A stretch of DNA of 50,376 bases from Bdellovibrionales bacterium (GTDB lineage: Bacteria; Bdellovibrionota; Bdellovibrionia; Bdellovibrionales; JAMPXM01): positions 1-50,376 of the forward strand of contig JAYSYF010000076.1 in NCBI GenBank assembly GCA_043716655.1, in the 5' to 3' direction. The notes under the pieces were generated by a model. That model was not told the origin of the DNA, searched no databases, and was given only the letters and a program-made list of their open reading frames with translations. Both the position numbers and the translations under genes were made by a program. How positions within the stretch are numbered: position 1 is the stretch's first letter; each line of letters starts with the position of its first letter. Shown piece by piece: positions 17,675 through 27,634 of the stretch.

Positions 17675-20113
17675 ATGAATCAGGATGAAACAGACCAACA
17701 CAAGACTGAAAGCTGCTGCTCGGTGAAACCGACGAAACAACCGGAAAACCATGAGCACTGCACTATAGATCAACACGGCCACCATCATCACGCCCAGCCG
17801 ACAGACATCAAGGTCAAAGACCCGGTGTGCGGAATGCTGATTGATCCCGCAACGGCCAAAGGTGGAAAAAGCACCTTCGGGGGTCAGGATTTTTTCTTCT
17901 GCAATCCAAAGTGCAAGACGAAATTCGATGCGGATCCAAACGCCTATCTTGCTAAAGCGAGTCCTACAAAAGAGGTAAGCTCCGCCGATAAAGAGAAAAT
18001 CTACACCTGCCCGATGCATCCCGAGGTTCGCCAGCAGGGTCCGGGCAATTGTCCCATTTGCGGGATGGCGTTGGAACCAGAAGAAGTGAGCCTCGTCGAA
18101 GAAGAAAACCCAGAGCTTGTTGATTTCACGAAGCGACTCAAGGTCAGTATTCCGCTGACGATTCCGCTTCTGCTGTTGGCCATGTCAGACCTAATTCCTG
18201 GACAGCCCGTGCAGCACGCAATTCCTTCTTGGATCAATGCAGCAATTCAGTTTGTACTCGCGACTCCCGTCGTACTCTGGGGCGGCTTGCCGTTCTTCGA
18301 GCGAGGTTGGTCTTCGCTGAAAACTAGAAATTTTAATATGTTCACGCTGATCGCGCTCGGCACTGGAGTCGCCTACCTATTTAGTCTGGTTGGAACGTTC
18401 TTCCCTTCACTCTTTCCCGAAAGCTTAAAAGTTCATGGCGGTATGGTGCCTCTTTATTTCGAAGCTGCTGCCGTCATCACGACACTCGTCCTTTTAGGAC
18501 AAGTGCTTGAGCTCCGCGCTCGAAGCAAAACTGGGAACGCAATTCGCGCATTATTAGGACTCGCTCCGAAGACGGCAAAAATTGTTCGTGCAGATGGGTC
18601 CGAAGAAGATATTCCGGTGGAACACATTCATGTCGGCGATCTTCTTCGAGTGCGCCCTGGAGAGAAAGTGCCCGTTGACGGCGTGGTCACCGAAGGCCGA
18701 AGCCTTATCGATGAATCAATGGTTACGGGCGAACCGGTTGCTGTCGAAAAGAATCAAGACGATTCCGTGACCGGCGCAACCGTGAATGGGACTGGAAGCT
18801 TCGTGATGAAAGCAACGAAGGTTGGATCGGATACGCTACTCTCACAGATCGTAAAAATGGTTTCACAAGCGCAGAGAAGCCGCGCTCCGATTCAACAGTT
18901 AGCTGACAAAGTGGCTGGGTACTTTGTTCCCGGAGTGGTTTTGATCGCGGTCGCCACTGCGCTGGTTTGGTTTTTCGTCGGACCAGAGCCGCAGCTGACA
19001 TATGCGATCGTGAATGCCGTTGCCGTTCTCATCATTGCGTGTCCCTGTGCGCTTGGCCTCGCGACTCCAATGTCGATCATGGTGGGAGCCGGCAAAGGTG
19101 CCGGCTTAGGAGTGTTAATTAAGAACGCCGAAGCACTAGAAGGCATGCAAAAGATCACGACTCTTGTCGTTGATAAAACTGGGACCTTAACTCTCGGAAA
19201 ACCGAAGTTGTCTGTTGTGAAAACGCTACCGGGCTTCGACGAACATGAAACGCTCGCGCTGGTTGCGGCTCTCGAAAAATCGAGTGAACACCCATTGGCC
19301 GAAGCGATCGTTGATGGCGCTCTCGAACGAAAACTTACCATCCAATCAGTAGAAAACTTTGAATCCATCACAGGGATGGGAGTTAAAGGTACTGTCCACG
19401 GTCGCACGGTCCTTGTCGGCAATCGAAAACTTTTAGAAAAGTATGGTGTCGACACGACCGCGCTCTCCGCAATCGCGCAAGAGCTTCAGAGTACCGGCCA
19501 CGGTGCGATGCTGTCTGCGATTGATGGGAAACCCGCTGCTGTTATTGCCGTAAGAGATCCAATCAAAGAATCTTCAAAGCCTGCGATCAGTTACTTTCAC
19601 TCAAAAGGTATCGAAGTCATAATGCTAACCGGCGACAGTCGGCACACAGCTGAAGTCGTGGCGAGAGAAATGGGCATTGATCGCTTCGAAGCCGAAGTTC
19701 TTCCCGAGCAAAAGAACGAAGTAATCAAGCGTCTACAGGCACAAGGAAAAATCGTCGCAATGGCTGGTGACGGTATCAACGACGCTCCCGCCTTGGCTCA
19801 GGCAGACATCGGTATCGCTATGGGCACCGGAACTGACGTCGCGATGGAGAGCGCAAGTGTGACGCTAGTAAAGGGCGATTTGACAGGGATCGTGCGCGCC
19901 CACCGCCTAAGCCAGGCGACAATGCGAAACATCAAACAGAATCTAGTTTTTGCATTCGGGTACAACGCCCTCGGTGTTCCGCTAGCAGCCGGCGTGCTTT
20001 ATCCGTTTTTTGGAATTCTCTTGAGCCCGATGATAGCGAGCATTGCTATGAGTTTAAGTTCTGTCTCGGTTGTGGTGAATGCGCTTAGGCTTGGACGAGT
20101 GCGCCTCGACTGA
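17675..20113 (+). CDS. copA: Cu(I)-exporting P1B-type ATPase
   Basis: CPC in TM6 ([13 protein letters not shown]), [29 protein letters not shown]-terminus is His-rich ([14 protein letters not shown]), with a TRASH/YHS-like segment ([11 protein letters not shown]...[12 protein letters not shown]) and CPMHPEV...CPICGM. Confidence 0.95.
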   Translation: MNQDETDQHKTESCCSVKPTKQPENHEHCTIDQHGHHHHAQPTDIKVKDPVCGMLIDPATAKGGKSTFGGQDFFFCNPKCKTKFDADPNAYLAKASPTKEVSSADKEKIYTCPMHPEVRQQGPGNCPICGMALEPEEVSLVEEENPELVDFTKRLKVSIPLTIPLLLLAMSDLIPGQPVQHAIPSWINAAIQFVLATPVVLWGGLPFFERGWSSLKTRNFNMFTLIALGTGVAYLFSLVGTFFPSLFPESLKVHGGMVPLYFEAAAVITTLVLLGQVLELRARSKTGNAIRALLGLAPKTAKIVRADGSEEDIPVEHIHVGDLLRVRPGEKVPVDGVVTEGRSLIDESMVTGEPVAVEKNQDDSVTGATVNGTGSFVMKATKVGSDTLLSQIVKMVSQAQRSRAPIQQLADKVAGYFVPGVVLIAVATALVWFFVGPEPQLTYAIVNAVAVLIIACPCALGLATPMSIMVGAGKGAGLGVLIKNAEALEGMQKITTLVVDKTGTLTLGKPKLSVVKTLPGFDEHETLALVAALEKSSEHPLAEAIVDGALERKLTIQSVENFESITGMGVKGTVHGRTVLVGNRKLLEKYGVDTTALSAIAQELQSTGHGAMLSAIDGKPAAVIAVRDPIKESSKPAISYFHSKGIEVIMLTGDSRHTAEVVAREMGIDRFEAEVLPEQKNEVIKRLQAQGKIVAMAGDGINDAPALAQADIGIAMGTGTDVAMESASVTLVKGDLTGIVRAHRLSQATMRNIKQNLVFAFGYNALGVPLAAGVLYPFFGILLSPMIASIAMSLSSVSVVVNALRLGRVRLD

Positions 20114-20133
20114 GCTACCTGATCTCGTAACAA

Positions 20134-20534
20134 ATGGCTTTGACTGCTGAAGCATTCTCTATGGGGTCTAAAGTGCCACTGATTCTAGAAGTTTTAACTC
20201 TCGGTTTAGTCCTCTCCGTCGATTCGTTTTCTGCAGCGGTCGCCATGGGCAGCAAGCGATTTCGTACCAAGGAAATGCTAGCGTTTGCTTTTGCCTCTGG
20301 TGGCGGCGAAGCGCTTGCAACCCTTGTTGGTTTCTTCGCAGGTTCCAAAATCATTTCTTTGATTTCCGAGTACGATCATTGGTTCGCCTTTACGCTCTTA
20401 CTCGGTATCTCCCTGCATATGGCTTACGAGGGTCTTCAGGGCCTCCTGGGAAATCTTCTCCACGATTGCCGGTCTTTATGCTCATCGCAGCCGCGGTTCT
20501 CGGCTTTATGGCCGTTCAGATGTTGAAGATCTAA
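20134..20534 (+). pseudogene. mntP: mntP (DUF204 Mn efflux) remnant with internal deletion and frameshift
   Basis: The first ~105 aa fit MntP (LGLVLSVDSFSAAVAMG...EYDHWFAFTLLLGISLHMAYEGL). The frame then runs into non-membrane sequence. The expected C-terminal helix (PVFMLIAAAVLGFMAVQMLKI*) is readable only in another frame ending at 20534, and the second DUF204 repeat is missing. Confidence 0.55.
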
Positions 20535-20872
20535 CACGTGGTTCTTTCGGCGTGGGCATGTGGGTGTGACTTCTTATGGTGGCACTGTCCCTGCTCATAA
20601 GAGTGGTTAGAACGCTCTTGTACAGTCAGGCTGGTCTGTCGCGAAACATCGGGACAAACAGTCAAACTTTGAGACTAAACGACCCGAGCAGGTCCTTTCG
20701 ACGGGAGATAAATGAAAATTTATCAGTACGTGTCAAATGCCTGAAGTAAATCAGATCAATCCATTGCGAATTGAGAATTCCCTGGCTAGGGCCGAAAACT
20801 TTTTGACCACAGCCGAAGCAGCAATGAAGTTGCTCGCTAAATATATTCCTGAATGTTGCAGGTCCGGCCTTC

Positions 20873-22297
20873 ATGGCGGCTGATATTAAGAAATTCTTAT
20901 TCCGGGCCCTCCCGCTTATATTCGTTTGCCCGACGATCACTTTTGGCGAATCGCTAAGTGAGTTCGTCGCTTCCGTTAAACAATCGAACCCAGAACTTGA
21001 CGCACAAAAGAAACTAACCCAAGCCGAGAAGTTTCGAGCGAATGCTTCCGGGTACTGGGATGATCCCTTCATTGCCGTGGGCCCCGATGAAGTGCCTACA
21101 TCGGACCGACATGCCGGCATGATGCGCTACCAGATCAGTCAAACAATTCCGTTCCCTGGCCGTAAGGGCGCTCAAAAAGACGCAGCTGTTGCTAGGGCGA
21201 ACGCTTCAGAAGCATCGTCGGTTTCTGCGGAGCGCGAACTAACCGTCATCGCAGCACAACTCTATGCTCGTGCGTTCTATAGTCAGGCAGCGACAACGAC
21301 CAATCGCGAACAGCAGAAGTTGCTGACCGAAGTTTTAAGCAGTACTCGCTCGAGATACAAAACGGGAACAGGCGGTCATCACGAGTTGCTTCTAGCGCAA
21401 TTGGAGATCTCCACTCTCGAGGCCGAGTATCTGCGCCTCTCTCGTGAACTCAAGGTGTTAAAGGCGAAGATGAATGAACTAAAGTCAGCTCCGCCATCGA
21501 GCCCAATATCTTTGGAAAACGTTGTTCTTTCAGATTCTGTTCCGAAAACGTTCGACGAGGCCATGAATGGTCAGCCTGAGTTAATTGCAGCGGAAGCCGC
21601 ACTGTCGGCGTCCGGCTCGGAGCTAAGAAGCGCAAAGTTCTCTTACTTTCCTGATCTTGTTTTTCAGGGAATGTACATGCAGCCGCGCGGTCAGCCGATG
21701 ACGGACGGTATGGGCGGTACTGCACCAGCTGCGTCGTCTTCATACGGGATCATGCTTGGCGTATCACTCCCCGTCTTCTTCTTCGGGAAGCAATCCAATC
21801 TTTCTTCCGCCGCCCGAGCAACTCGTGATGCAAATTCGGTCCAACGCCGTGCGCTTGAAAACAGACTTCGGACTGAGTGGCTTGAGGCAACTGCGCAGGA
21901 AGAGACCGCTGAGGATTTGCTCCGTCTCTATAAAAAAGAGATTATTCCAAATACAGAGCTAGCTGCAAAGACGGGTCGATCCGCTTATGTCGCAAGAAGG
22001 CTTCCCCTAAGCCAATTCGTTGAAATCATGCGTGCGCAACGAACGCAGTCTCTCGAGAAGACCGCCGCCGAGATCGACGTCGCAATGGCAAAACTACGAA
22101 AAACTTATTTGCTCAGTCGCGCACCACAACTACGTTTAGCCCCCATGCGGCCGACACTATTTGGAGGCGCATCGATGGGTGCGATGGACGAATCAAGCTC
22201 TGACGCTGTGAACATGGGATCTGGGATGCGCTCTCCAGTTATTCAGAAAAAAACCGAGTCTCAGCAAAATAGCTCGAGCGGTATGGAGGGAATGTGA
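20873..22297 (+). CDS. cusC: outer-membrane efflux factor (TolC/CusC family)
   Basis: 474 aa, signal-like N-terminus, two long helix-rich repeats typical of OEP proteins, Met-rich C-tail. First gene of an operon with MFP and CusA genes. Confidence 0.8.
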   Translation: MAADIKKFLFRALPLIFVCPTITFGESLSEFVASVKQSNPELDAQKKLTQAEKFRANASGYWDDPFIAVGPDEVPTSDRHAGMMRYQISQTIPFPGRKGAQKDAAVARANASEASSVSAERELTVIAAQLYARAFYSQAATTTNREQQKLLTEVLSSTRSRYKTGTGGHHELLLAQLEISTLEAEYLRLSRELKVLKAKMNELKSAPPSSPISLENVVLSDSVPKTFDEAMNGQPELIAAEAALSASGSELRSAKFSYFPDLVFQGMYMQPRGQPMTDGMGGTAPAASSSYGIMLGVSLPVFFFGKQSNLSSAARATRDANSVQRRALENRLRTEWLEATAQEETAEDLLRLYKKEIIPNTELAAKTGRSAYVARRLPLSQFVEIMRAQRTQSLEKTAAEIDVAMAKLRKTYLLSRAPQLRLAPMRPTLFGGASMGAMDESSSDAVNMGSGMRSPVIQKKTESQQNSSSGMEGM

Positions 22298-23460
22298 TCT
22301 TAGGAAACGTCGTCATCACTCTATTCTTAAGCGTGGCTCCAGCGCAGCAGCAGCAGCAGTCGGTGCATGCCCCTGCTCAGCCGACGGCGCCTCAACCACC
22401 CAGCAAACCAGCTTTGGTTACCGCTACAAAAAAGCCGATCGCCGATGAGGCTCGAGTAACAGTGAAGGTACCTCAGTCGGAGCAAGGAAAAATCGGGTTG
22501 AAGACGGCAAAAGCCGAAAGTTCAAAGCTCAATTTCACAATACGTACTGTTGGTTCTATATCAGCAGATCAAGGGCGACAAGCTCATGTGCACACAAGGC
22601 TTAACGGATGGATCGAGCGAATCTTTGTCGATGCCATTGGCAAACCAGTAAAGAAGGGTGAAGTCCTTTTCGAGCTATACAGTCCCGACTTAGTTTCCAC
22701 CCAGGAAGAATATCTTGCGGCCCGAAACGGAAGCGTAACCGGCAAAGAGATCGCCGCGGCGGCACTCGAGCGCTTGCGTGGATGGAGTGTTCCTGAATCT
22801 GAGATTCGTCGCTTGAAATCTTCTGGCAAAATGAAAAGAACGATTTCTTTTGAATCACCAGTGACGGGTTTCGTGGTGAATAAAACTGCGATTCAAGGGA
22901 TGTACATTACTCCGGACATGGAGCTCTATCATATAGCCGATCTCGCACGAGTCTGGATTGTTGTTACACTTTATGAGTCTGATATTAACTCGATTAAAAC
23001 CGGCGACACTGCGGTCATTAAGCTTCCCTACGACGAGTCGCGAACCTTTCAGGCTCCGATTTCATATATTTATCCCGAACTAGATGTTGAGACGCGCACC
23101 TCGAAGGCGCGGATCGAACTTGATAATAAGACGCAGGCCTTGAAGCCAGGGATGTTTGTGAATGTCGAAATTGCAAAAAGTCTAGGTGAAGCAATCACCG
23201 TTCCTGATGATGCCGTGATCGATACCGGAATTCGAAAATTAGTATTCCTGAAAAAATCGGACACCGAATTTGAACCACGAGAAATCAAAGTGGGGCCGCG
23301 GGTTGAAGGCCGCGTAGCTGTTTTGTCCGGACTCTCAGTAGGAACCGAAGTCGTCGTTAGTGCGCACTTCCTTCTCGATGCAGAAAGCAAAGTACAGGCG
23401 GCTCTGCAGAAGGGTTCCGCGACGCAACCTGGGCACGAGTCACATGGGAAGAAAAAATGA
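22294..23460 (+). CDS. cusB: RND periplasmic adaptor (CusB-like membrane-fusion protein)
   Basis: GTGA overlap with the upstream stop. N-terminal anchor, then RQAHVHTRLNGWIERIFVDAIGKPVKKGEVLFELYSPDL (lipoyl/barrel-sandwich motif), and VWIVVTLYESD and PGMFVNVEI beta-barrel motifs. Confidence 0.85.
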   Translation: MILGNVVITLFLSVAPAQQQQQSVHAPAQPTAPQPPSKPALVTATKKPIADEARVTVKVPQSEQGKIGLKTAKAESSKLNFTIRTVGSISADQGRQAHVHTRLNGWIERIFVDAIGKPVKKGEVLFELYSPDLVSTQEEYLAARNGSVTGKEIAAAALERLRGWSVPESEIRRLKSSGKMKRTISFESPVTGFVVNKTAIQGMYITPDMELYHIADLARVWIVVTLYESDINSIKTGDTAVIKLPYDESRTFQAPISYIYPELDVETRTSKARIELDNKTQALKPGMFVNVEIAKSLGEAITVPDDAVIDTGIRKLVFLKKSDTEFEPREIKVGPRVEGRVAVLSGLSVGTEVVVSAHFLLDAESKVQAALQKGSATQPGHESHGKKK

Positions 23461-26400
23461 TCGGCGCGATCATAACCTATTGCAGTCGAAACTCTCGACT
23501 CACGATCGCGTTAGCTCTAGCTCTTGCCCTTTGGGGTGGGTACTGCCTCAACAAAATGCGGATCGACGCAATCCCCGATCTCTCTGACACTCAAGTCATC
23601 ATCTTTACCGAGTGGATGGGGCGAAGCCCAGAGCTCGTCGAAGAACAAGTCACGTACCCACTCGTTACGTCAATGCTTGCATCGCCCAACGTTTCATTAG
23701 TTCGCGGCCAATCAATGTTCGGAATGTCTTTTGTGTATGTCGTCTTCGAGGACGGCACGGATTTATATTGGGCAAGATCTCGAGTTCTTGAATCTTTATC
23801 CAAGTTGTCGGGAAGTTTACCTCAAGGCATCAGTCCCTCGATTGGACCCGATGCCTCTGGCGTTGGCTGGGTCTATCAGTATGCTCTGGTTGATCCATCG
23901 GGTAAGCTTGGCCTTCAGCAAATCCGCACTTTTCAAGATTGGTATTTGAAGTACTGGCTTTCGTCGGTTCCAGGAGTTGCGGAAGTCGCATCGATTGGTG
24001 GATTTGAAAAGCAATACCAAGTGGAGATTGATCCAAACAAGCTTTCGGCACTTAAAATTCCAATCGAAAGAGTCATCGCGGCAATTCGAGAGAGTAACCG
24101 AGATGTAGGAGGAAGAACGCTCGAGATTAGCGAACGAGAATTTTATGTTCGTGGCCGCGGTTATATAAAAAGTCCTCAAGACCTCGAAGATGTCACGATT
24201 ACCACGGCCGGAGGCGGAGTTCCGATACGGATTTCTGATATTGGACGTGTGACAATTGGACCTCAAATACGAAGAGGTGTTACGGACTTCAACGGGGACG
24301 GCGATACCGTCGGCGGCGTAGTCGTTATGCGACAAGGGGCTGATGTCTCCAATACGATCGCTGCGGTTAAAAAGAAAATCGAGGAAGTTCAGCGTGCATT
24401 TCCGGCCGGGCTTGAAATTCGACCGGTCTACGATCGGTCAGGACTCATCAAAGAAGCTGTTTCTACACTTCGAAATAATATTGTCGAGGAAATGATCTTG
24501 GTCACGCTGGTTATCCTCGTTTTTCTTTTTCACGTGCGGAGCGCACTCGTCGTGGCTATCACGATGCCGCTCGCCATCCTGATCTCGCTCATCCCCATGT
24601 ATTACTTCAAGATCAGCCTAAACATCATGAGTATGGGCGGCATCATTTTGGCTATCGGAGATATCGTCGACGGCATCGTTATCTTCATCGAAAATAGCCA
24701 TAAGAAAATTTCGGAGTTTCCGTCACGCCCACGCAACGAACTGATTATCGAGGCCTGCAAAGAAATGGGACCGTCGATTTTTAGTGCGCTGCTGATCATC
24801 GCCGTATCTTTCCTTCCAATTTTCGCTCTCCAAGCCCAAGAAGGAAAACTCTTTCACCCGCTCGCCTACACGAAAACATTTGCGATGTTGGCGGCAGCAC
24901 TGGTGACGATTACCGTGACCGCTCCGTTGATAATTCTGTTCGTCAAAGGCCGAATCCGGTCTGAAACTGAGAATCCAGTCAATCGTCTACTTGCTAAGAT
25001 CTATGAACCGATCTTGAGGTTTAGTCTTCGTCGGCGAAAACTTGTTCTCGCACTTCTTGCCGCAGTCGTCGTTCTCACGGGCGCTGCATTCACGAGATTG
25101 GGTTCTGAGTTCATGCCACCGCTTTGGGAAGGCGACCTTCTGTATATGCCCATTACGGTGCCAGGAATGTCGATAACTGCCGCCGCAGACTTGGTGCAAC
25201 GGCAGGGAAAAGCCATCCGCTCGATTCCAGAAGTTGAAAGCGTATTCGGAAAAGCCGGAAGATATGAAACCCCTACTGATGCGGCACCGCTTTCGATGTT
25301 TGAATATACGGTACGCTTAAAGCCTCGAGATCAGTGGCGAGAAGGTCTTGATGAAGAGCGTCTCCTCAAGGAACTCGACACCGCTGTCGCTGTTCCAGGA
25401 ATCAACCGAGCGTGGACGAAACCGATTCGGGGGCGGATCGATATGCTTTCAACGGGTATTCGTACGCCGGTCGGAATTAAAGTTTTTGCGCCCACCCTGC
25501 CCGCTATCGAAAAAATCGGACTCGAGCTCGAAGCAGCACTTGTTAATGTCCCCGGTACTCGAAGCGTGTACGCCGAACGTCTGGGCGGCGGCTCGTATCT
25601 AGATTTCGATCCTGATCGAAAGTCACTGCAAAGATACGGACTTAATGTCGGTGATGCTCTCAACGTCATAGAGACGGCGATTGGCGGAATGGAAGTGAGT
25701 CAGACCGTTGAGGGTCGTGAGCGCTACACGATCAATGTGCGCTACCCGAGAGAGTTGCGAGATACGATTGAAAAAGTCGGACGTATCCTTGTTGCGACGT
25801 CGACCGGTGCACAAGTACCATTGAGCCAGCTTGGAAAACTTTCGACGCAGTCTGGAGCACCGATGATCTTCAACGAAAATGGTTCGCTCGTGGGTTACGT
25901 TTACATCGACCTAGAGGGCCGTGATCCTGGAAGCTACGTTAAAGATGCTAAAGAAGCCGTAGCAAAGGCAGTAAGTCTTCCGCAGGGATCTTACATAAAG
26001 TGGACTGGGCAATACGAGAATTTGGCTCGCATGCAAGAGCGGATGAAGATCATCCTTCCGTTAACATTAGTCCTCATATTCGCGTTTCTATATTTTGGCG
26101 TTCGGTCGCTCTCGAAAACGATCATGATCATGGTCTCTGTGCCGCTATCTCTCATCGGCGGAATTCTTTTGATGTGGACTCTTGGGTACAACACGAGTGT
26201 TGCTGTATGGGCAGGCGCGATTGCTCTCATTGGTGTCGCAGTAGAAACAGCAGCGATCATGATTGTCTTTCTTGATCGCGCTTGGAAGTACAGGGCTGAA
26301 AGCAACAAGCTCAATACAGGATCAGATTTCATTGAGGCCACAATAAGTGGCGCGCAAGGAAGTCTTCGACCGGTCCTCATGGCTGTATCGATGAACATAT

Positions 26401-26576
26401 TTGGTCTAATGCCTGTGATGTTGGCTACAGGAATCGGTGCGGACGTCATGAAGCGAATAACGTCGCCGATGTTTGGCGGTTTGATCACGCTAGCGGTTTT
26501 AACACTCATTATTTTACCGATTATTTACATGATGAATGAAACCCGTCATAACCACCGTTCGAGGAAAATATCATGA
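23457..26576 (+). CDS. cusA: HME-RND Cu(I)/Ag(I) efflux pump CusA
   Basis: 1039 aa, 12-TM RND. The stretch EFMPPLWEGDLLYMPITVPGMSI...APLSMFEY...RGRIDMLSTGIRTPVGIKV aligns with E. coli CusA, including all three Met of the M573/M623/M672 cluster. ATGA overlap with cusB. Confidence 0.95.
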   Translation: MIGAIITYCSRNSRLTIALALALALWGGYCLNKMRIDAIPDLSDTQVIIFTEWMGRSPELVEEQVTYPLVTSMLASPNVSLVRGQSMFGMSFVYVVFEDGTDLYWARSRVLESLSKLSGSLPQGISPSIGPDASGVGWVYQYALVDPSGKLGLQQIRTFQDWYLKYWLSSVPGVAEVASIGGFEKQYQVEIDPNKLSALKIPIERVIAAIRESNRDVGGRTLEISEREFYVRGRGYIKSPQDLEDVTITTAGGGVPIRISDIGRVTIGPQIRRGVTDFNGDGDTVGGVVVMRQGADVSNTIAAVKKKIEEVQRAFPAGLEIRPVYDRSGLIKEAVSTLRNNIVEEMILVTLVILVFLFHVRSALVVAITMPLAILISLIPMYYFKISLNIMSMGGIILAIGDIVDGIVIFIENSHKKISEFPSRPRNELIIEACKEMGPSIFSALLIIAVSFLPIFALQAQEGKLFHPLAYTKTFAMLAAALVTITVTAPLIILFVKGRIRSETENPVNRLLAKIYEPILRFSLRRRKLVLALLAAVVVLTGAAFTRLGSEFMPPLWEGDLLYMPITVPGMSITAAADLVQRQGKAIRSIPEVESVFGKAGRYETPTDAAPLSMFEYTVRLKPRDQWREGLDEERLLKELDTAVAVPGINRAWTKPIRGRIDMLSTGIRTPVGIKVFAPTLPAIEKIGLELEAALVNVPGTRSVYAERLGGGSYLDFDPDRKSLQRYGLNVGDALNVIETAIGGMEVSQTVEGRERYTINVRYPRELRDTIEKVGRILVATSTGAQVPLSQLGKLSTQSGAPMIFNENGSLVGYVYIDLEGRDPGSYVKDAKEAVAKAVSLPQGSYIKWTGQYENLARMQERMKIILPLTLVLIFAFLYFGVRSLSKTIMIMVSVPLSLIGGILLMWTLGYNTSVAVWAGAIALIGVAVETAAIMIVFLDRAWKYRAESNKLNTGSDFIEATISGAQGSLRPVLMAVSMNIFGLMPVMLATGIGADVMKRITSPMFGGLITLAVLTLIILPIIYMMNETRHNHRSRKIS

Positions 26577-27634
26577 GAGAAAACAAAATGAAGGCTTTGG
26601 TATTTGTTGCTCCCGGCAAGATTGAACTTGTTGAGAAATCCGTACCGCGCGCAGGTCCCACAGACGCGGTCATACGCATCACCACCACTACGATTTGTGG
26701 TACGGACGTACATATTGTCAAAGGCGAGTACCCAGTTCATGCGGGTCTTACAATTGGTCACGAACCGGTCGGAGTTATCACTGAGCTTGGCACAGCGGTG
26801 ACGGGATATGAAATCGGTCAGCGAGTCATAGCAGGCGCGATTACTCCGTGTGGGCAGTGTGGGTCTTGCCTTGAGGGCACCCACTCGCAATGCGGCGGAA
26901 AACCGATGGGTGGATGGCGATTTGGCAATACGATTGACGGCGCTCAAGCCGAGTTTCTTCTTGTCCCAAATGCGATGGCGAATTTAGCTCTCGTGCCCGA
27001 CCACTTAAGCGATGAAGAAGTTCTGATGTGCCCGGACATCATGAGTACCGGCTTTAGCGGAGCGGAAAGCGGCAAAGTTAAAATCGGTGACTCGGTCGCT
27101 ATCTTCGCACAAGGGCCGATCGGTCTCTGTGCTACTGCAGGTGCTCGATTAAGTGGAGCAAGTTTAATTATCGTTGTCGACAATATAGAGGGCCGACTGA
27201 AGATGGCGCGACAAGTGGGCGCCGACATTACGATTAACTTTAAAGAGAAAGATCCCGTGAAAGCTATTTTGGAAGCCACCAACGGACGTGGAGTTGACGT
27301 TGCGATTGAGGCCTTGGGAACGGAAGCAACTTTTCAACACTGTATGCAGGTTCTTAAACCAGGCGGAACACTTTCAAGCCTCGGCGTGTATGCAAACGAC
27401 ATTCATATCCCGGTGAGTGCATTCAGCGCTGGCCTTAGTGACCTGAAAATAATTACGACGTTGTGCCCGGGTGGAAAAGAACGGATGAGGCGACTTATGA
27501 GTGTGATCGACAGCAAACGAGTCGAGCTTAAACCGATGGTCACGCATCGTTTTAAGCTCGACCAAATCATTGAAGCTTACGACATTTTCGCCAATCAAAG
27601 AGATGGCGTCCTAAAGGTCGCGATAACACCGTGA
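26573..27634 (+). CDS. Zn-dependent medium-chain alcohol dehydrogenase (TbADH/CbADH-like)
   Basis: ICGTDVH, GHEPVG, CGQCGSCLEG, GGWRFGNTIDGAQAEF, GPIGL Rossmann motif, LCPGGKERM. ATGA overlap with the cusA stop (alternative start ATG 26588). Confidence 0.9.
   Translation: MRENKMKALVFVAPGKIELVEKSVPRAGPTDAVIRITTTTICGTDVHIVKGEYPVHAGLTIGHEPVGVITELGTAVTGYEIGQRVIAGAITPCGQCGSCLEGTHSQCGGKPMGGWRFGNTIDGAQAEFLLVPNAMANLALVPDHLSDEEVLMCPDIMSTGFSGAESGKVKIGDSVAIFAQGPIGLCATAGARLSGASLIIVVDNIEGRLKMARQVGADITINFKEKDPVKAILEATNGRGVDVAIEALGTEATFQHCMQVLKPGGTLSSLGVYANDIHIPVSAFSAGLSDLKIITTLCPGGKERMRRLMSVIDSKRVELKPMVTHRFKLDQIIEAYDIFANQRDGVLKVAITP

Noticed and set aside
20538-20600. 20-codon GTG ORF encoding a Cys-rich peptide (VVLSAWACGCDFLWWHCPCS) just after the mntP remnant.
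   Set aside because: It is very short, has no SD, and lies in a region that looks like deletion scar tissue. A chance occurrence cannot be excluded.
20737-20880. 47-aa ATG ORF (MPEVNQINPL...YIPECCRSGLHGG) whose stop overlaps the cusC-like start.
   Set aside because: The position and the CC pair are tempting for a CusF-like or leader peptide. However, there is no signal peptide, no SD and no recognisable family, and I cannot support it from sequence alone.
20662-21120. 152-aa minus-strand ORF spanning the cusC-like start region.
   Set aside because: It overlaps the 5' 250 nt of the OMF gene on the opposite strand and has no recognisable motif or signal. It is most likely spurious.
22345-22359. 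(CAG)5 trinucleotide run encoding Q5 in the CusB-like N-terminal linker.
   Set aside because: It is short, in frame, and lies in a low-complexity linker. It is not distinctive enough to report as a finding.
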